DNA from: Eledone cirrhosa
Lineage: Eukaryota
Length of the DNA: 64,000 bases
NCBI GenBank assembly: GCA_964016885.1
Contig: OZ024742.1
Span: forward strand, 253,828,001 to 253,892,000
Direction of reading: 5' to 3'
Position numbers and translations under genes: made by a program. Position 1 is the stretch's first letter; each line of letters begins with the position of its first letter. Of this stretch, positions 50,201 through 64,000 are shown piece after piece. The notes below the pieces were generated by a model. The model was given only the letters and a program-made list of their open reading frames with translations. It was not told the DNA's origin and searched no databases.

Positions 50201-53200
50201 TGTCCGGTAGTGGACAGTATACTGAAGGGGAATATGTCCTGTAGTGGACAGTATACAGAATTGGAATGAATATGTCTTGTAGTGGACAGTATACTGAAGA
50301 TGAAGGAATATGTCCTGTAGTGGACAGTATACTGAAGAGGAAGGAATATGTCCTGTAGTGGACAGTATACTGAAGGGGAATATGTCCTGTAGTGGACAGT
50401 ATACTGAAGAGGAATATGTCCTGTAGTGGACAGTATACTGAAGAGGAAGGAATATGTCCTGTAGTGGTCAGTATACTGAAGGGGAATATGTCTTGTAGTG
50501 GACAGTATACTGAAGAGGAAGGAATATGTCTTGTAGTGGACAGTATACTGAAGGGGAATATGTCCTGTATTGGACTGTATACTGAAGAGGAAGGAATATG
50601 TCCCTGAGTGGACAGTATACTGAAGAGGAATATGTCCTGTAGTGGACAGTATACTGAAGGGGAATATGTCCTGTAGTGGACAGTATACTGAAGGGGAATA
50701 TGTCATGTAGTGGACAGTATACTGAAGAGGAATATGTCTTGTAGTGGACAGTATACTGAAGAGGAAGGAATATGTCCTGTAGTGGACAGTATACTGAAGA
50801 TGAAGGAATATGTCCTGTAGTGGAAAGTATACTGAAGAGGAATATGTCTTGTAGTGGACAGTATACTGAGGAGGAAGGAATATGTTCTGTAGTGGAAAGT
50901 ATACTGAAGTGGAAGGAATATGTCCTTGAGTGGACAGTATACTGAAGTGGAATATGTCTTGTAGTAAACAGTATACTGAAGAGGAAGGAATTGTCCTGTA
51001 GTGAACAGTATACTGAAGTGGAATATGTCCTGTAGTGGACAGTATACTGAAGGGGAATATGTCCTGTAGTGGACAGTATACTGAAGGGGAAGGAATATGT
51101 CCTGTAGTGGACAGTATACTGAAGGGGAATATGTCCTGTAGTGGACAGTATACTGAAGGGGAATATGTAATGTAGTGGACAGTATACTGAAGAGGAATAT
51201 GTCTTGTAGTGGACAGTATACTGAAGAGGAAGGAATATGTCCTGTAGTGGACAGTATACTGAAGGGGAAGGAATATGTCATTGAGTGGACAGTATACTGA
51301 AGGGGAATATGTCTTATAGTGGACAGTATACTGAAGTGGAAGGAATATGTCCTTGAGTGTACAGTCTACTGAAGAGGAAGGAATATGTCCTGTTGTGGAC
51401 AGTATACTGAAGGGGAATATGTCTTGTAGTGGACAGTATACTGAAGAGGAAGGAATATGTCTTGTAGTGGACAGTATACTGAAGTGGAATATGTCCTGTA
51501 GTGGACAGTATACTGAAGGGGAATATGTCCTGTAGTGGACAGTATACTGAAGGGGAAGGAATACGTCCTCGAGTGGACAGTATACTGAAGAGGAAGGAAT
51601 ATGTCCTGTAGTGGACAGTATACTGAATAGGAAGGAATATGTCCTGTAGTGGACAGTATACTGAAAAGAAAGGAACATGTCCTGTAGTGGACAGTATGCT
51701 GAAGAGGAATATGTCTTGTAGTGGACAGTATACTGAAGGGGAATATGTCCTGTAGTGGACAGTATACCGAAGAGGAATATGTCCTGTAGTGGACAGTATA
51801 CTGAAGAGGAAGGAATATGTCCTGCAGTGGACAGCATACTGAAGAGGAAGGAATGTGTCCTGTAGTGGACAGTATACTGAAAAGGAAGGAATATGTCCTG
51901 TAGTGGACAGTATACTGAATGGGAATATGTCCTGTAGTGGACAGTATACTGAAGGGGAAGGAATATGTCCTGTAGTCGACAGTATACTGAAGGGGAAGGA
52001 ATATGTCCTGTAGTGGACAGTATACTGAAGGGGAAGGAATATGTCCTGTAGTCGACAGTATACTGAAGGGGAAGGAATATGTCCTGTAGTCGACAGTATA
52101 CTGAAGAGGAAGTAATATGTCCTGTAGTGGACAGTATACTGAAGGGGAAGGAATATGTGCTCCAGTGGACAGTATACTGAAGAGGAAGGAATATGTCCTG
52201 GAGTGGACAGTATACTGAAGAGGAAGGAATACGTCCTCGAGTTGACAGTATACTGAAGGGGAATATGTCCTGTAGTGGACAGTATACTGAAGAGTAATAT
52301 GTCTTGTAGTGGACAGTACACAGAAGTGGAAGGAATAAGTCCTGTAGTGGACAGTATACTGAAGAGGAGGAATATGTCCTGTAGTGGACATTATACTGAA
52401 GAGGAATATGTCCTGTAGTGGACAGTATACTGAAGAGGAATATGTCCTGTAGTGGACAGTATACTGAAGGGGAATATGTCCTGTAGTGGACAATATACAG
52501 AAGTGGAATGAATATGTCTTGTAGTGGACAGTATACTGAAGATGAAGGAATATGTCCTGTAGTGGACAGTATACTGAAGAGGAAGGAATATGTCCTTGAG
52601 TGGACAGTATATTGAAGAGGAAGGAATATGTCTTGTAGTGGACAGTATACTGAAGAGGAAGGAATATGTCTTGTAGTGGACAGTATACTGAAGGGAATAT
52701 GTCCTGTATTGGACTGTATACTGAAGAGGAAGGAATATGTCCCTGAGTGGACAGTATACTGAAGAGGAATATGTCCTGTAGTGGACAGTATACTGAAGAG
52801 GAAGGAATATGTCCTGTAGTGGACAGTATACTGAAGGGGAAGGAATATGTCCTTGAGTGGACAGTATATTGAAAAGGAATATGTCTTGTATTGGACAGTA
52901 TACTGAAGATGAAGGAATATGTCCTGTAGTGGACAGTATACTGAAGAGGAATATGTCTTGTAGTGGACAGTATACTGAGGAGGAAGGAATATGTCCTTGA
53001 GTGGACAGTATACTGAAGTGGAATATGTCTTGTAGTAAACAGTATACTGAAGAGGAAGGAATATGTCCTGTAGTGGACAGTATACTGAAGGGGAATATGT
53101 CTTGTAGTGGACAGTATACGGAAGAGGAAGGAATATGTCCTGTAGTGGAAAGTATATTGAAGTGGAAGGAATATGTCCTTGAGTGGACAGTATACTGAAG

Positions 53201-56200
53201 TGGAATATGTCTTGTAGTAAACAGTATACTGAAGAGGAAGGAATGTGTCCTGTAGTGGACAGTATCCTGAAGTGGAATATGTCCTGTAGTGGACAGTATA
53301 CTGAAGGGGAATATGTCCTGTAGTGGACAGTATACTGAAGGGGAAGGAATATGTCCTGTAGTGGACAGTATACTGAAGGGGAATATGTCCTGTAGTGGAC
53401 AGTATACTGAAGAGGAAGGAATATGTCCTGTAGTGGACAGTATACTGAAGGGGAAGGAATATGTCCTTGAGTGGACAGTATATTGAAAAGGAATATGTCT
53501 TGTATTGGACAGTATACTGAAGATGAAGGAATATGTCCTGTAGTGGACAGTATACTGAAGAGGAATCTGTCTTGTAGTGGACAGTATACTGAGGAGGAAG
53601 GAATATGTCCTTGAGTGGACAGTATACTGAAGTGGAATATGTCTTGTAGTAAACAGTATACTGAAGAGGAAGGAATATGTCCTGTAGTGGACAGTATACT
53701 GAAGGGGAATATGTCTTGTAGTGGACAGTATACGGAAGAGGAAGGATTATGTCCTGTAGTGGAAAGTATACTGAAGTGGAAGGAATATGTCCTTGAGTGG
53801 ACAGTATACTGAAGTGGAATATGTCTTGTAGTAAACAGTATACTGAAGAGGAAGGAATGTGTCCTGTAGTGGACAGTATCCTGAAGTGGAATATGTCCTG
53901 TAGTGGACAGTATACTGAAGGGGAATATGTCCTGTAGTGGACAGTATACTGAAGGGGAAGGAATATGTCCTGTAGTGGACAGTATACTGAAGGGGAATAT
54001 GTCCTGTAGTGGACAGTATACTGAAGAGGAAGGAATATGTCCTGTAGTGGACAGTATACTGAAGGGGAATATGTCATGTAGTGGACAGTATACTGAAGAG
54101 GAATATGTCTTGTAGTGGACAGTATACTGAAGAGGAAGGAATATGTCCTGTAGTGGACAGTATACTGAAGGGGAAGGAATATGTCCTGCAGTGGACAGTA
54201 TACTGAAGAGGAAGGAATATGTCCTGTCGTGGACAGTATACTGAAAAGGAAGGAATATGTCTTGTAGTGGACAGTATAATGAAGAGGAAGGAATATGTCC
54301 TGTAGTGGACAGTATACTGAAGAGGAATATGTCTTGTAGTGGACAGTATACTGAAGAGGAAGGAATATGTCCTGTAGTGGACAGTATACTGAAGGGGAAT
54401 ATGTCCTGTAGTGGACAGTATACTGAAGGGGAAGGAATATGTCCTGTAATGGACAGTATACTGAAGAGGAAGTAATATGTCCTGTAGTGGACAGTATACT
54501 GAAGGGGAAGGAATATGTGCTCCAGTGGACAGTATACTGAAGAGGAAGGAATATGTCCTGGAGTGGACAGTATACTGAAGAGGAAGGAATACGTCCTCGT
54601 GTTGACAGTATACTGAAGGGGAATATGTCCTGTAGTGGACAGTATACTGAAGAATAATATGTCTTGTAGTGGACAGTACACAGAAGTGGAAGGAATATGT
54701 CCTGTAGTGGACAGTATACTGAAGAGGAATATGTCCTGTAGTGGACAGTATACTGAAGAGGAATATGTCCTCTAGTGGACAGTATATGGAAGAGGAATAT
54801 GTCCTGTAGTGGACAGTATACTGAAGTGGAAGGAATATGTCTTGTAGTGGAAGGAATATGTCCTGTAGTGGACAGTATACTGAAGGGGAATATGTCCTGT
54901 AGTGGACAGTATACAGAATTGGAATGAATATGTCTTGTAGTGGACAGTATACTGAAGTGGAAGGAATATGTCCTTGAGTGGACAGTATACTGAAGTGGAA
55001 TATGTCCTGTAGTGGACAGTATACTGAAGGGAAATATGTCCTGTAGTGGACGGTATACTGAAGGGGAAGGAATATGTCCTGTAGTGGACAGTATACTGAA
55101 GGGGAATATGTCCTGTAGTGGACAGTATACTGAAGAGGAAGGAATATGTCTTGTAGTGGACAGTATACTGAAGAGGAAGGAATATGTCCTGTAGTGGACA
55201 GTATACTGAAGAGGAATATGTCCTGTAGTGGACAGTATACTGAAGAGGAATATGTCCTGTAGTGGACAGTATACTGAAGTGGAAGGAATATGTCTTGTAG
55301 TGGAAAGAATATGTCCTGTAGTGGACAGTATACTGAAGGGGAATATGTCTTGTAGTGGACAGTATACGGAAGAGGAAGGAATATGTCCTGTAGTGGAAAG
55401 TATACTGAAGTGGAAGGAATATGTCCTTGAGTGGACAGTATACTGAAGTGGAATATGTCTTGTAGTAAACAGTATACTGAAGAGGAAGGAATGTGTCCTG
55501 TAGTGGACAGTATCCTGAAGTGGAATATGTCCTGTAGTGGACAGTATACTGAAGGGGAATATGTCCTGTAGTGGACAGTATACTGAAGGGCAAGGAATAT
55601 GTCCTGTAGTGGACAGTATACTGAAGGGGAATATGTCCTGTAGTGGACAGTATACTGAAGAGGAAGGAATATGTCCTGTAGTGGACAGTATACTGAAGGG
55701 GAAGGAATATGTCCTTGAGTGGACAGTATATTGAAAAGGAATATGTCTTGTATTGGACAGTATACTGAAGATGAAGGAATATGTCCTGTAGTGGACAGTA
55801 TACTGAAGAGGAATCTGTCTTGTAGTGGACAGTATACTGAGGAGGAAGGAATATGTCCTTGAGTGGACAGTATACTGAAGTGGAATATGTCTTGTAGTAA
55901 ACAGTATACTGAAGAGGAAGGAATATGTCCTGTAGTGGACAGTATACTGAAGGGGAATATGTCTTGTAGTGGACAGTATACGGAAGAGGAAGGATTATGT
56001 CCTGTAGTGGAAAGTATACTGAAGTGGAAGGAATATGTCCTTGAGTGGACAGTATACTGAAGTGGAATATGTCTTGTAGTAAACAGTATACTGAAGAGGA
56101 AGGAATGTGTCCTGTAGTGGACAGTATCCTGAAGTGGAATATGTCCTGTAGTGGACAGTATACTGAAGGGGAATATGTCCTGTAGTGGACAGTATACTGA

Positions 56201-59200
56201 AGGGGAAGGAATATGTCCTGTAGTGGACAGTATACTGAAGGGGAATATGTCCTGTAGTGGACAGTATACTGAAGAGGAAGGAATATGTCCTGTAGTGGAC
56301 AGTATACTGAAGGGGAATATGTCATGTAGTGGACAGGATACTGAAGAGGAATATGTCTTGTAGTGGACAGTATACTGAAGAGGAAGGAATATGTCCTGTA
56401 GTGGACAGTATACTGAAGGGGAAGGAATATGTCCTGCAGTGGACAGTATACTGAAGAGGAAGGAATATGTCCTGTCGTGGACAGTATACTGAAAAGGAAG
56501 GAATATGTCTTGTAGTGGACAGTATAATGAAGAGGAAGGAATATGTCCTGTAGTGGACAGTATACTGAAGAGGAATATGTCTTGTAGTGGACAGTATACT
56601 GAAGAGGAAGGAATATGTCCTGTAGTGGACAGTATACTGAAGGGGAATATGTCCTGTAGTGGACAGTATACTGAAGGGGAAGGAATATGTCCTGTAATGG
56701 ACAGTATACTGAAGAGGAAGTAATATGTCCTGTAGTGGACAGTATACTGAAGGGGAAGGAATATGTGCTCCAGTGGACAGTATACTGAAGAGGAAGGAAT
56801 ATGTCCTGGAGTGGACAGTATACTGAAGAGGAAGGAATACGTCCTCGTGTTGACAGTATACTGAAGGGGAATATGTCCTGTAGTGGACAGTATACTGAAG
56901 AATAATATGTCTTGTAGTGGACAGTACACAGAAGTGGAAGGAATATGTCCTGTAGTGGACAGTATACTGAAGAGGAATATGTCCTGTAGTGGACAGTATA
57001 CTGAAGAGGAATATGTCCTCTAGTGGACAGTATATGGAAGAGGAATATGTCCTGTAGTGGACAGTATACTGAAGTGGAAGGAATATGTCTTGTAGTGGAA
57101 GGAATATGTCCTGTAGTGGACAGTATACTGAAGGGGAATATGTCCTGTAGTGGACAGTATACAGAATTGGAATGAATATGTCTTGTAGTGGACAGTATAC
57201 TGAAGTGGAAGGAATATGTCCTTGAGTGGACAGTATACTGAAGTGGAATATGTCCTGTAGTGGACAGTATACTGAAGGGAAATATGTCCTGTAGTGGACG
57301 GTATACTGAAGGGGAAGGAATATGTCCTGTAGTGGACAGTATACTGAAGGGGAATATGTCCTGTAGTGGACAGTATACTGAAGAGGAAGGAATATGTCTT
57401 GTAGTGGACAGTATACTGAAGAGGAAGGAATATGTCCTGTAGTGGACAGTATACTGAAGAGGAATATGTCCTGTAGTGGACAGTATACTGAAGAGGAATA
57501 TGTCCTGTAGTGGACAGTATACTGAAGTGGAAGGAATATGTCTTGTAGTGGAAAGAATATGTCCTGTAGTGGACAGTATACTGAAGGGGAATATGTCTTG
57601 TAGTGGACAGTATACGGAAGAGGAAGGAATATGTCCTGTAGTGGAAAGTATACTGAAGTGGAAGGAATATGTCCTTGAGTGGACAGTATACTGAAGTGGA
57701 ATATGTCTTGTAGTAAACAGTATACTGAAGAGGAAGGAATGTGTCCTGTAGTGGACAGTATCCTGAAGTGGAATATGTCCTGTAGTGGACAGTATACTGA
57801 AGGGGAATATGTCCTGTAGTGGACAGTATACTGAAGGGCAAGGAATATGTCCTGTAGTGGACAGTATACTGAAGGGGAATATGTCCTGTAGTGGACAGTA
57901 TACTGAAGAGGAAGGAATATGTCCTGTAGTGGACAGTATACTGAAGGGGAATATGTCATGTAGTGGACAGTATACTGAAGAGGAATATGTCTTGTAGTGG
58001 ACAGTATACTGAAGAGGAAGGAATATGTCCTGTAGTGGACAGTATACTGAAGATGAAGGAATATGTCATTGAGTGGACAGTATACTGAAGATGAAGGAAT
58101 ATGTCCTGTAGTGGACAGTATACTGAAGAGGAATATGTCTTGTAGTGGACAGTATACTGAAGAGGAAGGAATATGTCCTGTAGTGGACAGTATACTGAAG
58201 AGGAATATGTCCTGTAGTGGACAGTATACTGAAGAGGAATATGTCCTGTAGTGGACAGTATACTGAAGTGGAAGGAATATGTCTTGTAGTGGAAGGAATA
58301 TGTCCTGTAGTGGACAGTATACTGAAGAGGAAGGAATATGTCCTGCAGTGGACAGTATACTGATGGGGAAGGAATATGTCCTGTCGTGGACAGTATACTG
58401 AAAAGGAAGGAATATGTCTTGTAGTGGACAGTATACTGAAGAGGAAGGAATATGTCCTGTAGTGGACAGTATACTGAAGGGGAATATGTCCTGTAGTGGA
58501 CAGTATACTGAAGGGGAAGGAATATGTCCTGTAGTGGACAGTATACTGAAGGGGAATATGTCCTGTAGTGGACAGTATACTGAAGAGGAAGGAATATGTC
58601 CTGTAGTGGACAGTATACTGAAGGGGAATATGTCATGTAGTGGACAGTATACTGAAGAGGAATATGTCTTGTAGTGGACAGTATACTGAAGAGGATGGAA
58701 TATGTCCTGTAGTGGACAGTATACTGAAGAGGAAGGAATATGTCCTGCAGTGGACAGTATACTGAAGAGGAAGGAATATGTCCTGTAGTGGACAGTATAC
58801 TGAAGAGGAATATGTCTTGTAGTGGACAGTATACTGAAGAGGAAGGAATATGTCCTGTAGTGGACAGTATACTGAAGGGGAATATGTCCTGTAGTGGACA
58901 GTATACTGAAGGGGAAGGAATATGTCCTGTAATGGACAGTATACTGAAGAGGAAGTAATATGTCCTGTAGTGGACAGTATACTGAAGGGGAAGGAATATG
59001 TGCTCCAGTGGACAGTATACTGAAGAGGAAGGAATATGTCCTGGAGTGGACAGTATACTGAAGAGGAAGGAATACGTCCTCGTGTTGACAGTATACTGAA
59101 GGGGAATATGTCCTGTAGTGGACAGTATACTGAAGAATAATATGTCTTGTAGTGGACAGTACACAGAAGTGGAAGGAATATGTCCTGTAGTGGACAGTAT

Positions 59201-62200
59201 ACTGAAGAGGAATATGTCCTGTAGTGGACAGTATACTGAAGAGGAATATGTCCTCTAGTGGACAGTATATGGAAGAGGAATATGTCCTGTAGTGGACAGT
59301 ATACTGAAGTGGAAGGAATATGTCTTGTAGTGGAAGGAATATGTCCTGTAGTGGACAGTATACTGAAGGGGAATATGTCCTGTAGTGGACAGTATACAGA
59401 ATTGGAATGAATATGTCTTGTAGTGGACAGTATACTGAAGTGGAAGGAATATGTCCTTGAGTGGACAGTATACTGAAGTGGAATATGTCCTGTAGTGGAC
59501 AGTATACTGAAGGGAAATATGTCCTGTAGTGGACGGTATACTGAAGGGGAAGGAATATGTCCTGTAGTGGACAGTATACTGAAGGGGAATATGTCCTGTA
59601 GTGGACAGTATACTGAAGAGGAAGGAATATGTCTTGTAGTGGACAGTATACTGAAGAGGAAGGAATATGTCCTGTAGTGGACAGTATACTGAAGAGGAAT
59701 ATGTCCTGTAGTGGACAGTATACTGAAGAGGAATATGTCCTGTAGTGGACAGTATACTGAAGTGGAAGGAATATGTCTTGTAGTGGAAAGAATATGTCCT
59801 GTAGTGGACAGTATACTGAAGGGGAATATGTCTTGTAGTGGACAGTATACGGAAGAGGAAGGAATATGTCCTGTAGTGGAAAGTATACTGAAGTGGAAGG
59901 AATATGTCCTTGAGTGGACAGTATACTGAAGTGGAATATGTCTTGTAGTAAACAGTATACTGAAGAGGAAGGAATGTGTCCTGTAGTGGACAGTATCCTG
60001 AAGTGGAATATGTCCTGTAGTGGACAGTATACTGAAGGGGAATATGTCCTGTAGTGGACAGTATACTGAAGGGCAAGGAATATGTCCTGTAGTGGACAGT
60101 ATACTGAAGGGGAATATGTCCTGTAGTGGACAGTATACTGAAGAGGAAGGAATATGTCCTGTAGTGGACAGTATACTGAAGGGGAATATGTCATGTAGTG
60201 GACAGTATACTGAAGAGGAATATGTCTTGTAGTGGACAGTATACTGAAGAGGAAGGAATATGTCCTGTAGTGGACAGTATACTGAAGATGAAGGAATATG
60301 TCATTGAGTGGACAGTATACTGAAGATGAAGGAATATGTCCTGTAGTGGACAGTATACTGAAGAGGAATATGTCTTGTAGTGGACAGTATACTGAAGGGG
60401 AAGGAATATGTCCTGTAGTGGACAGTATACTGAAGAGGAATATGTCCTGTAGTGGACAGTATACTGAAGAGGAATATGTCCTGTAGTGGACAGTATACTG
60501 AAGTGGAAGGAATATGTCTTGTAGTGGAAGGAATATGTCCTGTAGTGGACAGTATACTGAAGAGGAAGGAATATGTCCTGCAGTGGACAGTATACTGATG
60601 GGGAAGGAATATGTCCTGTCATGGACAGTATACTGAAAAGGAAGGAATATGTCTTGTAGTGGACAGTATACTGAAGAGGAAGGAATATGTCCTGTAGTGG
60701 ACAGTATACTGAAGGGGAATATGTCCTGTAGTGGACAGTATACTGAAGGGGAAGGAATATGTCCTGTAATGGACAGTATACTGAAGAGGAAGTAATATGT
60801 CCTGTAGTGGACAGTATACTGAAGGGGAAGGAATATGTGCTCCAGTGGACAGTATACTGAAGAGGAAGGAATATGTCCTGGAGTGGACAGTATACTGAAG
60901 AGGAAGGAATACGTCCTCGAGTTGACAGTATACTGAAGGGGAATATGTCCTGTAGTGGACAGTATACTGAAGAATAATATGTCTTGTAGTGGACAGTACA
61001 CAGAAGTGGAAGGAATATGTCCTGTAGTGGACAGTATACTGAAGAGGAATATGTCCTGTAGTGGACAGTATACTGAAGAGGAATATGTCCTCTAGTGGAC
61101 AGTATATGGAAGAGGAATATGTCCTGTAGTGGACAGTATACTGAAGTGAAAGGAATATGTCTTGTAGTGGAAGGAATATGTCCTGTAGTGGACAGTATAC
61201 TGAAGGGGAATATGTCCTGTAGTGGACAGTATACAGAATTGGAATGAATATGTCTTGTAGTGGACAGTATACTGAAGTGGAAGGAATATGTCCTTGAGTG
61301 GACAGTATACTGAAGTGGAATATGTCCTGTAGTGGACAGTATACTGAAGGGAAATATGTCCTGTAGTGGACGGTATACTGAAGGGGAAGGAATATGTCCT
61401 GTAGTGGACAGTATACTGAAGGGGAATATGTCCTGTAGTGGACAGTATACTGAAGAGGAAGGAATATGTCTTGTAGTGGACAGTATACTGAAGAGGATGA
61501 ATATGTCCTGTAGTGGACAGTATACTGAAGGGGAAGGAATATGTCATTGAGTGGACAGTATACTGAAGGGGAATATGTCCTGTAGTGGACAGTATACTGA
61601 AGGGGAATATGTCTTGTAGTGGACAGTATCCTGAAGAGGAAGGAAAATGTCCTGTAGTGGACAGTATACTGAAGGGGAATATGTCTTGTAGTGGACAGTA
61701 TACTGAAGAGGAAGGAATATGTCCTGTAGTGGACAGTATACTGAAGGGGAATATGCCTTGTAGTGGACAGTATACTGAAGGGGAATATGTCTTGTAGTGG
61801 ACAGTATACTGAAGGGGAAGGAATATGTCCTGTAGTGGACAGTATACTGAAGGGGAATATGTCCTGTAGTGGACAGTATACTGAAGGGGAATATGTCCTG
61901 TAGTGGACAGTATACTAAAGAGGAATATGTCCTGTAGTGGACAGTATACTGAAGAGGAATATGCCTTGTAGTGGACAGTATACTGAAGAGGAAGGAATAT
62001 GTCTTGTAGTGGACAGTATACTGAGGAGGAAGGAATATGTCTTGTAGTGGACAGTATACTGAAGGGGAATATGTCTTGTAGTGGACAGTATACTGAAGCG
62101 GAATATGTCCTGTAGTGGACAGTATAATGAAGAGGAAGGAATATGTCTTATAGTGGACAGTATACTGAAGGGGAATATGTCTTGTAGTGGACCGTATACT

Positions 62201-64000
62201 GAAGTGGAAGGAATATGTCCGGTAGTGGACAGTATACTGAATGGGAATATGTCCTGTAGTGGACAGTATACTGAAGAGGAAGGAATATGTCCTGTAGTGG
62301 ACAGTATACTGAAGAGGAAGTAATATGTCCTGTAGTGGACAGTATACTGAAGGGGAAGGAATATGTCCTCGAGTGGAAAGTATACTGAAGAGGAAGGAAT
62401 ATGTCCTGGAGTGGACAGTATACTGAAGAGGAAGGAATATGTCCTCGAGTTGACAGTATACTGAAGGGGAATATGTCCTGTAGTGGACAGTATACTGAAG
62501 TGGAATATGTCCTGTAGTGGACAGTATACTGAAGGGGAATATGTCCTGTAGTGGACAGTATACTGAAGAGGAATATGTCCTGTAGTGGACAGTATACTGA
62601 AGTGGAAGGAATATGTCTTGTAGTGGACAGTATACAGAAGTGGAATGAATATGTCCTGTAGTGGACAGTATACTGAAGGGGAATATGTCATGTAGTGGAC
62701 AGTATACAGAAGTGGAATGAATATGTCTTATAGTGGACAGTATACTGAAGGTGAAGGAATATGTCCTGTAGTGGGCAGTATACTGAAGAGGAAGGAATAT
62801 GTCCTTGAGTGGACAGTATACTGAAGAGGAAGGAATATGTCCTGTAGTGGACAGTATACTGAAGGGGAATATGTCCTGTAGTGGACAGTATACTGAAGAG
62901 GAATATTGTCCTGTAGTGGACAGTATACTGAAGAGGAAGGAATATGTCCTGTAGTGGTCAGTATACTGAAGGGGAATATGTCTTGTAGTGGACAGTATAC
63001 TGAAGAGGAAGGAATATGTCTTGTAGTGGACAGTATACTGAAGGGGAATATGTCCTCTATTGGACAGTATACTGAAGAGGAAGGAATATGTCCCTGAGTG
63101 GACAGTATACTGAAGAAAAGAATATGTCTTGTAGTGGACAGTATACTGAAGAGGAAGGAATATGTCCTGTAGTGGACAGTATACTGAAGAGGAAGGAATA
63201 TGTCCCTGAGTGGACAGTATACTGAAGGGGAATATGTCTTGTAGTGGACAGTATACTGAAGAGGAAGGAATATGTCCTGTAGTGGACAGTATACTGAAGA
63301 TGAAGGAATATGTACTGTAGTGGACAGTATACTGAAGTGGAATATGTCTTGTAGTAAACAGTATACTGAAGAGAAAGGAATATGTCCTGCAGTGGACAGT
63401 ATACTGAAGAGGAAGGAATATGTCCTGTAGTGGACAGTATACTGAAGGGGAATATGTCCTGTAGTGGACAGTATACTGAAGGGGAAGGAATATGTCCTGT
63501 AGTGGACAGTATACTGAAGGGGAATATGTCCTGTAGTGGACAGTATACTGAAGAGGAAGGAATATATCCTGTAGTGGACAGTATACTGAAGTGGAAGGAA
63601 TATGTCCTGGAGTGGACAGTATACTGAAGAGGAAGGAATACGTCCTCGAGTGGACAGTATACTGAAGAGGAAGGAATATGTCCTGTAGTGGACAGTATAC
63701 TGAAGAGGAAGGAATATGTCCTGTAGTGGACAGTATACTGAAACGAAAGGAATATGTCCTGTAGTGGACAGTATACTGAAGAGGAATATGTCTTGTAGTG
63801 GACAGTATACTGAAGGGGAATATGTCCTGTAGTGGACAGTATACCGAAGAGGAATATGTCCTGTAGTGGACAGTATACTGAAGAGGAAGGAATATGTCCT
63901 GCAGTGGACAGTATACTGAAGAGGAAGGAATATGTCCTGTCGTGGACAGTATACTGAAAAGGAAGGAATATGTCTTGTAGTGGACAGTATACTGAAGAGG
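41284..64000. repeat. Satellite DNA array of 34/38-bp monomers, at least 22.7 kb, running off the window
   Basis: Consensus GAAG(A/G)G[GAAG]GAATATGTC(C/T)TGTAGTGGACAGTATACT. 34+38=72 bp explains the 24-aa periodicity in the ORF track. Confidence 0.99.

Noticed and set aside
41254-62691. Giant ORFs (903-1559 aa) as real genes
   Set aside because: They arise from a 34/38-bp satellite with no stop triplets on the minus strand, overlap each other in different frames, and show no codon-phase conservation
41284-64000. CRISPR array
   Set aside because: Monomers are contiguous with no unique spacers, there are no cas genes, and the context is eukaryotic
41284-64000. Satellite as an active hammerhead multimer
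   Set aside because: CUGAAGA is present but the required GAAA and NUH are not; kept only as a speculative ancestry note

Overview
AT-rich, repeat-dominated animal genomic DNA with no convincing host protein gene. The SINE, RTE and microsatellite repertoire resembles octopus or another coleoid cephalopod; this is inferred from pattern recall, not from a search. Bases 1-41.2 kb hold decayed non-LTR retrotransposons (several RTE-clade LINEs and one CR1-like LINE), tRNA-derived SINEs, a non-autonomous Helitron and many (TA)n, (CA)n and (GAT)n microsatellites. Bases 41.3-64 kb are one satellite array of 34/38-bp monomers with about 2.2-2.4-kb and 14.4-kb higher-order structure; its 900-1500-aa ORFs are artefacts. 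The most notable signal is a set of short non-coding inserts next to (TA)n tracts that carry type-I hammerhead ribozyme folds (stem I-CUGANGA-stem II-GAAA-stem III-UH-stem I), most followed by AATAAA/ATTAAA. They belong to at least six unrelated sequence families, and three are built as tail-outward inverted (fold-back) dimers. They resemble pseudo-LTR remnants or non-autonomous derivatives (retrozyme-like) of Penelope-like elements. Other oddities are two 5'-inverted RTE copies, a head-to-head fusion of two different RTEs, and a locally templated inverted insertion inside a SINE.
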